NCBI RefSeq assembly: GCF_009914755.1
Contig: NC_060927.1
Length of the DNA: 64,000 nucleotides
Strand: one strand, 5' to 3'
Origin: the human T2T-CHM13v2.0 reference genome, Homo sapiens
The notes under the pieces are model-generated. The model ran no database searches. It was not told the origin of the DNA and worked only from the letters and a program-made list of their open reading frames with translations. Every line of letters starts with the position of its first letter. Within the stretch, counting starts at the first letter, position 1. A program made the position numbers and the translations under genes. Of this stretch, positions 48,634 through 64,000 are shown piece after piece.

Positions 48634-51580
48634 TCAAAACAAACAAGACAACCAAACAAAAAAACTGTCCCTGGGCGGGCGCTGTAGCTCACACCTGTAA
48701 TCTCAGCTACTCAGGATGCTGACACTGGAGGATGCTTGAGCCCAGGAGGTTGAGGCTGCAGTGAGCTGTGATCACGCCACTGTACTCCACCTAGGTTACA
48801 GAGGGAGACCAGGTCTCTTAAACAAAAAAAATTCATTTACTAACTGTATAACCTCAATCAAGTCATTTAATCTCTCTGAGCATCTGCTTTCTTATCTGTA
48901 AAATGCACAAGGTTGCTTTTAGCCTCAAATGAGGTAAACGGTGAAAGAGTTGGTGGTACCTAGGGGACACTGAAAAAAAAGCCTGCTCATTCTGCCCTAA
49001 GTGAAAAGGACACTGAGAACTATGCCAAATAAAAATACATTACATAAAGGCATGAAATTACAATGCTTAGGGAGAAATGTGTTCTATGTAAAATTAATTA
49101 AGAAACAATCAGATCGATGGGAGAGGATTGTTTTAACGACCTGTATTTGAGAACTGTGTAATGCATATTTACTAAGATGTTGTGGTAAGTTGTTTATATC
49201 ATCACTTAGTTACAGCTATGTTACATGGTTTAAGAGAAAATGAACTTGGCCAGGTGCAGTGGCTCACACCTGTAGTCTCAACACTTTGGGAGGCTGAGGT
49301 AAGAGGGCTGCTTGAGGCCAGGAGTTGGGCACCAGCCTGGGCAACATAGTGAAACCCCTTCTCTACAAAAAACTTAAAAATTAACTGGGCATAGTGGTGC
49401 ACACCTGTAGTCCCAGCTACTTGGAGAATGAGCGGGGAGAATTGCTTGAGCCCAGGATTTTGAGGTTTCAGTGAGCTATGACAGTGCCACAATACTCTAG
49501 CCTGGGTGACAGACTGAGACCCTGTCTCAAAAAAATACAAAAAGTATATTAAATTAAAAATAAAATGTGAGCTGTATAAATAAAACAATTAGAAGAAATA
49601 CATGTAAATTAAAAATGAATGGAAAATAATGTAATGTCCATAGAAAACAGGGTAAATATCTTTAAGATGCTAGCCAGTAGAATTTGAATCCTGTAAATTA
49701 TGCAAAAATCACTTCTAGGAAGGAAAGCCTTCTATGATAAACGATAAATAATAGTGCACTATGTGATAGGCAAAAGGGCTTTAGCAACCTTCATACATGA
49801 TTTACACGTGGCAATATAAATAAAAATTAAAGAAGCAAGCAAAACTGATAAATTTGAAATGTTTTGCCACTTTATTTGTATTTAATTCCATGAAGCGTAC
49901 AACTGTATTGGATACAGCTACTTATCCCTGTAGTAAAATTTTATTTACAAATGTCCACGTTATAAATACTTTTAGAACTATTTGAATTTTGGGAAGCCTT
50001 CATGGCTTTCCCTCACCAACGATTTTTTTTTCCTTTTTTAATGGAAAATTTAAAAATTACACCAAAATAGAGTATAATAAGTCCCCATACACTCATCACT
50101 AGCTTCGACTGTCATCAATATTTTTTTACTCCTGTTTCATCTATATCCCCATCCACCTTATTTTATGTTATTTTATTTTATTTGAGGTGGAGTCTTGCTC
50201 TGTCACCCAGGCTGGAGTGCAGTAGTGCTATCTCGGCTCACTGACATCTGCCTCCCAAGTTCAAGCAATTCTTCTGCCTCAGCCTCCTGAGTAGCTGGGA
50301 CTACAGGTGCCTGCCACCATGCTTAGCTGATTTTTGTATTTTCAGTAGAGACTGGGTTTCACCATGTTGGCCAGGCTGGTCTTGAACTCCTGACCTCAAG
50401 TGATCTGCCCACCTCAGCCTCCCAAAGTGCCGATTTACAGGTGTGAGCCACTGTGCCCAGCCTGTTATTTAATTTTATCACAATTTTTGCTGGAGTATTT
50501 TAATGCCAATCTTCAAATCATATCAACTCACCCATAAATACTTCAGTCTCAACAGTCTAATCCAATCACTTCTTCAATACCTACAATAGGCCAGGTGCAG
50601 TGGCTCATGCTGTAATTCCAGCACTTTGGGAGGCCGAGGCAGGCGGATCACCTGAGGTCGGGAGTTCGAGACTAGCCTGACCGACATAGAGAAACCCCAT
50701 CTGTACTAAAAAAATACAAAATTAGCCGGGCATGGTGGTGCATGACTGTAATCCCAGCTACTGGGGAGGCTGAGGCAGGAGAATTGCTTGAACCCAGGGG
50801 CGGAGGTTGCGGTGAGCCAAGATCATGCCATTGCACTCCAGCCTGGGCAACAAGAGCGAAACTCCATCTCAGAATAAATGAATAAATAAATAAATATATA
50901 AAAATAAAAAATACCTACAATAGGCCAGCTACCGTGCAAGATGCTGAGATGCACAGATGGATGAGGATGCACCCTGCCCTTGAAGCTATGAGGGAAAAAG
51001 TTTGCAGTGCTGTCCATATGCTCATCCAGGTCATTAATAACAGAATGAAACAGGTCAGGTGGAGCCAAGGACAAAGTCCCATTATTGTGCCCAACCGGGA
51101 ACCTAGCCCTTCATCTGGCTAGGAATGGTGTGATGAGACCTAAGAAAATGACCTAGGAAAACTCACAGCTGAGACATATTAGCAAGGGGTCCAAGGCAAT
51201 ATCCAAGAGAATGATCAGTTAGCCGGCAGAAGGAGCAAGAGGACCCAGCAAAAGAAATGGACAGGTAAGCAGAGAAGTAGGGGAAGAAACTGGGTCTGTC
51301 AAGGCCTTTGAGAGCTTTTGGCCAAAATATATAAAAATATTTTAATTGCTATTTTTTGGTAATATTCATGTAAAGGATGTAGTTTTATGAGCCTTGATGG
51401 ACTATTGGGACAATATATAAAGCACCGCAACAGTGTGTTTTGATCTGAAGTCAATTACTTGTATCAGAACTTCATTTTTCCATACGCCGGGGACAGCCAT
51501 AATACAGCTCTATCACACGTGGGCCATTCTTAGAATGTATTGCATCATTCATATGTTCATTCATTCATAATAACAAATTA

Positions 51581-51895
<315 letters not shown>

Positions 51896-52117
51896 TTAAT
51901 TAATTAATTAACTATAAAGACATCAGAATAAGAGCATAGAGAGGAATGGAATTCCTCTTTTGTATAAGGCAGAGGGATATATCACTCTTCAATGTACACA
52001 GTTTAACAGGAAGCCAAGGTTTCATCTGATAATTAAGAAAGTGGAAGAAAAAAATACTGTAGATATAATTACTCATTGGCTATACGTATTATCCAAAAAA
52101 GATTTAAGAAAGTTTAC

Positions 52118-52140
52118 CTTAAAGCATTATTGGTGCTCAT
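52118..52140 (-). CDS. PP2D1: PP2D1 exon 1, coding part: MSTNNAL(R), 23 nt
   Basis: Reads ATG AGC ACC AAT AAT GCT TTA AG|GTaaa. The phase-2 donor matches the exon 2 acceptor (AG|A GTG). 23+1067+803=1893 nt = 630 aa + stop. Confidence 0.88.
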
Positions 52141-52438
52141 GTTCCTTTGGAATTACCTTTCTTTGCCCTCCCTTTATCCCCTTCCCCTGGCCTCTATTTC
52201 TCCAACTTGAGTAGTGATGGTGATGGTGGAGGTAGAGGTGAATGTGATGGCTGTGGCAGAAGTAGTGGTGATGGTGATGATAGCGATGGTGGGCATTCCC
52301 CTCACTTGATGGTAGAGCTCCCTGTGTGGAATGTTCACTACATCACCTGGAACCTCAGTCAGAACTCACTTTATGATTCAGAAGGACCGTGAAGCAATAA
52401 CATCACAAGTTGTATGAAGTAAACTTTGGAATTTCTGA

Positions 52439-52880
<442 letters not shown>

Positions 52881-52913
<33 letters not shown>

Positions 52914-53025
52914 TATATGTATACATATAGACAGTATATATACATAGACAGTATATATATAGTGTATATATATAGACAGTATATATATATACACATATAT
53001 ACATATATATGTGTATATATATACA

Positions 53026-53070
<45 letters not shown>
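52881..53070. repeat. (TA)n/(CA)n compound microsatellite replacing the RPL39 retrocopy tail
   Basis: Directly visible. Confidence 0.95.
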
Positions 53071-53073
<3 letters not shown>

Positions 53074-54468
53074 TATCTTACTGCTGGATGCAGGGGCTCA
53101 TGTCTGTAATCCCAGCACTTTGGGAGGCCAAGACAGGAGGATTGCTTGAGGCCTGGAGTTCAAGACCAGCCTGGGCAGCGCATATCGAGACCCCATCGCT
53201 TCAACAAAAAAAAAAAAAGAAGAAAGGAAAGAAAAATTAGCTGAGCATTGTGGCACACACCTGTAGTCCTAGCTACTCAGGAGACGGAGGCAGGAGAGTT
53301 ACATGAGCCCAGGAGTTTGAGGCAGTCAGCTGCAGTCAACTATGATTGTGCCATTCCACTCCAGCCTGGGTGACAGAGCGAGACCCTGTCTTTAAAATAA
53401 ATAAATAAACTGTCTTATGCCTATGTAGTAGAAATGAAAATGTAAAAGGAGTGACTGTCAATTATTTTTATAACTTGTGGCACTTTCAAATAGCCATTTT
53501 AGGAGACTATCCTTACTGTACAGATGGGATGTCTTCCCACCCAGTGTTACAGCACCTCAGGCCATCTCTCGAGGACACCTCCTCTATCTGCTCTGTAGAG
53601 CCTGCCCACCCCATCTTGCTGTCTCAATTAACTGCCTGAGAGTTGTAGATCTTGACTGGACTGCCTTCACTCTTTCCCCTGCCTTCACTCCTGACTAATA
53701 TCTTTAGTTCCCAAATGTTTAATCCACAGCTGCATGCCACTCCCTTACCCCAAGGCTGAGTTAGAACAAGAGTCCTAGAGCAGGTTGCCTGAATGCTGAA
53801 GAAGTTTGGACAAGCCCAACTGTCAACTAGGTGTCTCCCTGAAGAGGTATCAAAGTCAACATGTTCAAAATGGAACTCACTAACCTTCCCTCCAGAATCT
53901 TCTTTGATCATCAACTTAGTTTAACTGGAACGTCTCAGAGAATCCCTTTTCCTGTGTGGTTCCAGGTTAAATTTGGCCAAGAAGGGAATCTTAATATTTA
54001 AAACTTAGGGGTTTATATTGGAATGCTATCATCATCCAATGAGTTCACCCACAGATGCTGAAGTGCCTAGCAGGTTTCTGCTTGTCCTTTGTTCCCCACT
54101 ACTCTGCCTCCAGCTTTTCCTCCAGCTCCAGGTCTTGCTGACCAATAGCAGCCCCAGGCCTATTAGCTGGCACCCGTCTTTGGGCCCACAGAAGCAAACA
54201 TTTCCTCTAGCCTTCCCCATCAGCTTCTCCTTCATGGTCCAGCTTGGGCATCTGGATGTCCCTGGCTTCTCAGACTGACTGGCTGGGGACTTCCCTGATG
54301 CCCCATCTCCTCTTCCCAGATGTTTAGTTGACCAGCTTCTCCCACAAACTAATTTTAACAATAAATCCTTTATTCCACAATGCCTAGGGTTCTGCTTTAC
54401 TGACTGAACCCTAGCTAATACAGAGACCAACATCACCCCATCCTCCTTTTCAGGATATATGAAATTGA

Positions 54469-54902
<434 letters not shown>

Positions 54903-56318
54903 TAACTGCTCAACTCACTTCCAGTCTGGTTGCCTCTCAGTGCATTCCCCTTAGAGCAGTCAGAGGAGGTGATGCCCTGACTGAGGCCCGTTACTGGCTT
55001 GTCCTTGTCCTTGGGATAACCTCCTTAATGTGCCTGACAAAGCTCTGTCTCTGTTGGCGTCTGCTAATTTCTCCAGCCCCATCTGTTGGCACTGCTCCCT
55101 CAGCCCATGCCAATATTATGTAGAGTCATTAGATAAATCTTTGCCAGTTTGGTATTAGATTATTATAACCTGAATTTTGCCTTATTTATTGCTTTTTAAA
55201 TCACACTGAGCATACAGGCACTGCATATTAATATCTAGCAGTTGGCCAGGCACAGTGGCTTATGCCTGTAATCCTAGCAACTTGGGAGGCTGAGGCAGGC
55301 AGATTGCTTGAGCTCAGGAGTTTGAGACCAGCCTGGGCAACATGGCAAAACCATGTCTTTACCAAAAATACACAAATTAGCTGGGTGTGGTGGTGCATGC
55401 CTGTGGTCCAAGCTACTTGGGAGGCTGAGGTGGGAGGATCGCTTGAGCCTGGGAGGCAGAGGTTTGCAGTGAGGTGAGATTGTGCCACTGCACTCCAGCC
55501 CAGGTGACAGAGTGAGACCCCATCTCATAAAAAAATATATATATATATATATGTGTGTGTGTATTATATATATATATATAATATATCTATTATATATTGG
55601 ATATCTAATAAATAAAATAAATAATATACATATACCTATGTATATATATGGCAGCTGCATTATCCCCATGCTACCATAGATGTGGGGAAGAATGAGGCAT
55701 CTCCTTCAGGCAAGTGCCTGTAAACCCCAGCTTCCCAGAGTGGGGTCAGGCATCTCATAGGGTGGCTGTGGTGTTCATATCACACTTCCGCATGCAGCTA
55801 TCAGGCTGGATGGTGATTGAGGATAGTGGAAAGGCCCCTTACAGAAGTTAACTGATGACTTACTGTAAACTTCCCTTTAGAAAGCCAAAAATAGAGAAAA
55901 CATAGTTCTGAGATGCTTCCCAAGAGTGAAGATGAGTATATGTCTACATAAATTCTCAGCAGCTTGTTTTCTTCCAAAGTGTATTTGTAGTGTGTTAATT
56001 TTGTCTATTAATTGATCAATTATTTATTTTATTGACTTAAATAAAAATGTTGTATTTTTTATTTATTAGATATCCAATTCATGCATTCTCCTTTTTAAAA
56101 TATTCAAATAATACAGAAGTATGCAGAGGAAAAACAGAAGAAACCACTGCCAAAAGCAGGGTGTGTATTATTCTGGACTGAGTTTTATGTATTTTTATAT
56201 ATACGTGAAAATATACATGCTATCCATTATTAAATTTGGGTATAATTTGCATAAAATCAATTGCTCAATTTTTAAATGTTTAGCTTGATAAATTTTTATA
56301 TAGGAACTTAACTTGTAG

Positions 56319-56612
<294 letters not shown>

Positions 56613-57130
56613 TGAAGTGCTGGGATTACAGACATAAGCCATTGTGCCCGGCCTGTTTTCTGTATTTTCTTTAGTAAATTGGCAACATAATGACAATATT
56701 ATTCTATAAATGTTTTCTTTCACTTACCAGTATGGAATAGGGATTTTTCAAGTCAGTACTTATCAACTTACCTATTCTTTTTAACCACTCTATTATATTC
56801 CATAGTAAATGTAAAGATGTAACATGGATTAACCACTTATCTATAATAATGAAAATTTTTTTGCTATAACAACATTTCATAAGGAAAAGAAATGAGGTAA
56901 TTCAGTAAGGTAGAGGATCACATAATCAATGTGCAAAAACCAAAACAATTAATTTGAAAATATAAAAGCAAAAATAACCTATTAGATATTATAAAAAATA
57001 ATTTAACTAAGAATAAACAAAAAAAGTTTGAGTGAAAAAAATGCATATAAAAAAACTATAAAACTCTACCAAGAACAAAAAAATATGAATAAAGGCAAAG
57101 ACTCATCTTGTCCTTGGATCAGAAAACTCA

Positions 57131-57511
<381 letters not shown>

Positions 57512-57705
57512 TTACAGCATGTATATTGACAAATAACAAAGTATTCAAATCCAAAATATGTAAAGATATAAATAACTCAAGCAAATCAATAATGGAAAGA
57601 CAGACAGTCCCTTCTCCCCAAAAGGTAGAAGACTTGAGAGACATTTCACAGAGGAAATGGAATTATTTATATGATACAATGTCATACCTCAGAGGAAAGA
57701 ACCAC

Positions 57706-57949
57706 TCCTACTACCCACAACATTAAAGAATATCAGGAGGTACATACATATTGACCAAAAGAACTGACAACATTGAACCTACAGAGGAAGATTCCATATA
57801 TGTGAAGTCCATTAAGTTGTAAACTAATCCTACTACCCACAACATTAAAGAATATCAGGAGGTACATACATATTGACCAAAAGAACTGACAACATTGAAC
57901 CTACAGAGGAAGATTCCACATATGTGAAGTCCATTAAGTTGCAAACTAA
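57706..57949. repeat. 122-bp tandem duplication (2 copies)
   Basis: 57706-57827 and 57828-57949 differ at only two positions that I could see. Confidence 0.93.
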
Positions 57950-58401
57950 ATATGTTGTTTAGGATGCAAATGAGTGTGATAAAACATTTAAAAAACAAAG
58001 GTAATAATAAACCAAAATCCAAAATAGCACTTATGTCAGAAAGGCCAGGAAAAGAAATGTGATTGAGGCCTTCAAAGTAATGCTGATTAGATGATGGGTA
58101 CATTATTCGTCACAGTATTGCTATTATATTTTACATATATATTTAAAATGTTACTTTGTGGCTATTATTTTTTAAATGAATGAGGCAGCATTGTTTATAG
58201 TGCTCAAAAATAAGTGACTGGTTGACTAAATGAGTCAAAAATACAATGGCATATTATACAGCCTGTTCAAATAATACATATTTATTTATTTAGAAAGAAA
58301 TCCACTGAATATTTTTTTGATGAAAAAAAAGCAGACCAGGCCGGTCGCAGTGGCTCACGCCTGTAATCCCAGCACTTTGGGAGGCCGAGGCAGATGGATC
58401 A

Positions 58402-58686
<285 letters not shown>

Positions 58687-58761
58687 CTAAAATAATGTTT
58701 ACCAAACCACAAATATTAGTTTTATCTTTGTAGGAGATTTGTACTTTCTTCTTTTTGCTTA

Positions 58762-59062
58762 CATATATATATATACACACACACATATATACGTATATAC
58801 GTATATACACATATATACGTATATACACATATATACGTATATACACATATATACGTATATACACATATATACGTATATACACATATATACGTATATACAC
58901 ATACGTATATACATATATACGTATATGTATATATGTATATATGTGTATATACATATATGTATATATGTATATATGTGTATATACATATATGTATATATGT
59001 ATATATGTGTATATATACATATACATATATTATATTATATATAATATGTATAACATATATAT
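58762..59062. repeat. TA-rich compound repeat including an 18-bp unit TATATACGTATATACACA in several tandem copies
   Basis: Directly visible; produces the periodic YIRIYV/TYIRIY ORF artefacts. Confidence 0.93.
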
Positions 59063-59333
59063 GTTTCTAAATGAGAATGTATTATTTCCCTTAAATTATA
59101 TATTTTCAAATAAATCTGTATCCCTTTTCACTTTTTTACATAAAAACCTTCACATTGCCCAGGCTGGAGTGCAGTAATACACTCACAGCTCACTGCAGCC
59201 TCGATCTCCTGGGCTCAAGTGATCCTCCCACTTTCAACCTCCTGAGTAGCTGGGACTACAGGCACATGCCACCATGTCAGGCTAATTTTTTGTTGGTGTG
59301 TTTGTTTTTCCTTCACACATTTTATTTTATTGA

Positions 59334-60041
<708 letters not shown>

Positions 60042-60579
60042 TTAGGCTCTGATGTGAAAGTGTTCTTTCCCTCCTTCCTCAATCCATCACCCAAAGATAG
60101 ACTCACTGGAAGACATGAAACATTCCAATATGGGTCAGAAAGCAGGTTTCTTATATTTCACATATACTCAAACTATAGAAACTGTTTTAAAAAAATAAAA
60201 ACTTATTTTTTAAATTGAGATGGGGTTTTGCTATGTTGCCCAGGCTGGCTTCAAACTCCTTGGCTCAAGCAATCTTCCCACCTCAGTCTCCTGAGTAACT
60301 GGGACTACCAGTGTGTGCTATGGCATCCAACTGAGACTATTCTGTAATTTGCTTTTTTACTTAGCAATATGAGTATACAAAAAGTTATCTAATACTTTAT
60401 TGATGGACATTTAGTCTGTTAACAGCATTTGTCTTTTACAAACAATGCTGCAACAACAACAACAAAATTTGCACATGTATCTATTAGATAAACACCCTGT
60501 AGTAGAATTCTCTGTCTGTGAATAAGTAAATTTTGAATTTTTCAGATTCATGCAACAACACTTTATTGAGGATGTACTA

Positions 60580-60816
<237 letters not shown>

Positions 60817-60954
60817 TCAGCTTCTCAAAAGGCTGATCTTGGGAAGATAGCTTGAGCCTGGGAGGTCAAGGCTGCAGTGAGCCATGACTGCACCACTGCA
60901 CTCCAGCCTGGGCGACAGAGTGAGACGCTGCCTCAGGAAAAAAAAAAAAAAAGA

Positions 60955-62815
<1,861 letters not shown>

Positions 62816-64000
62816 GTGTGGTGTGTGTGTGTGTAAGCAGGGCATTCTGAGAAAATATCTTTCTGGAAGTGCATCTAGTAATTTTTTCCCCCTAATTCAT
62901 ATCTGAAACACATACAAATAAACAGTGAATGTTGTAGGAAATTAGAAGATAGACCACTATCTTGGGAAAGATAACAATGCAAGAGAAGAATTCCTTTATT
63001 TTAAGATGGTTATTTCAATTAATTATTTTATATATTGAGCACCTGCAGGGGTAGGCACTAGACATAAAGGCCAACAGCAGGTCTCTGTGCTTGATGAGCT
63101 CAGTGCCTGTCATGGGGAAGACAGACACACAGATGCACTACTAGATAATAACATTATCAGTGCTGACCATGTGCTGGGCTCTTTCTAAGCATTCCACCCA
63201 CATTGTCTCTCAACCATACAACAACCTTGCACACAGGCACTAATAATCTACTTTACAGACAAGGACCCTAAAGCTCTAGAAAGTGAGTTAACTTTGCTGC
63301 AATAAATGGCAGAGCCCAGGTGTGTTGACCTGCAAACAGTTTGTCAGAAACTGCCAAACTGTCTTCCAAAGTGGCTGTAAAAATCAATTCATTTTGGAAG
63401 AAGAGGACAATCAGTGATACATTTGCTTAGATGTTTCTTTCACATTATTTGAAAGCGTTGAACTTCAAATACATTCACAAATCTTAATATCTGGTTCTCC
63501 CTCTTCCATTCTTGCCTTACTCCCACTGGAATAAATTCTTTGGCTTGTCATCCTCCCAACTTCAGGACAATCAAATACATATGGCTTAATGGGAAGGTGG
63601 TCAGATTAGAAAATATTCACAGCCAATCTCTCCAGTAGGCAGCCCTTGTTTGGCTTAAAACTGCCCGTTGAATTCAAGTTTCTTACATGTTCCACAACTA
63701 TGATTGTAAAAGTCAAGGCAGCAGGCACCAGCCTGTGTGGAAGAAAGTTATATTTAGTATTCCTTTCGGAGCTGTCTCTTTGGATATCGTGGAGATTCTG
63801 GTACAGGCTGTTACTGTTTGAGGGCTTCTGGGCCTGTGGCAGAGAAGGAGTGGGTGGTTTGCTGACAGTTCTTATAAATACCCCCAGTATTTATTTAATG
63901 GCAGAAACACACAGAGAGAACACACAGAGTATTAGAGGAGAGAACATAGCTTAGCTCCATTCATCCCCTGGGCCCAGGACCAAGCACTTCTAATCTGTTC

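Noticed and set aside
52147-52392. Gly/Asp-rich 81-aa plus-strand ORF
   Set aside because: Antisense reading of the low-complexity PP2D1 leader, with a non-ATG start.

Overview
Alu-dense primate (human) genomic DNA, recognisable as the RAB5A/PP2D1 locus (chr3p24 from memory). The + strand carries the end of RAB5A intron 2, coding exons 3-6 (15668-23894) and a ~1.35 kb 3' UTR. The - strand carries the complete three-exon PP2D1 (C3orf48) CDS: 52140-52118, 42165-41099 and 26254-25452, totalling 1893 nt or 630 aa. The two genes are tail-to-tail, about 200 bp apart. Also present: processed pseudogenes of SAP18 and RPL39, a U4 snRNA retrocopy inside an old L1, a MER11 (ERVK) solo LTR inside an Alu, several Tigger/MER2 DNA-transposon fossils, dozens of Alus (only some listed individually), microsatellites and two local tandem duplications. 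There is no prokaryote-type system. The strongest leads are: (i) RAB5A exons 3-5 form a 369-nt Alu-bracketed module whose back-splice gives a stop-free circular ORF; (ii) a Tigger-derived candidate poison exon in RAB5A intron 2; (iii) PP2D1 as a probable pseudophosphatase with an NLS and a CX2CX11HX3H zinc finger; (iv) a candidate alternative PP2D1 last exon antisense within RAB5A intron 5. Repeat subfamily names come from remembered consensus sequences and were not confirmed by a search.
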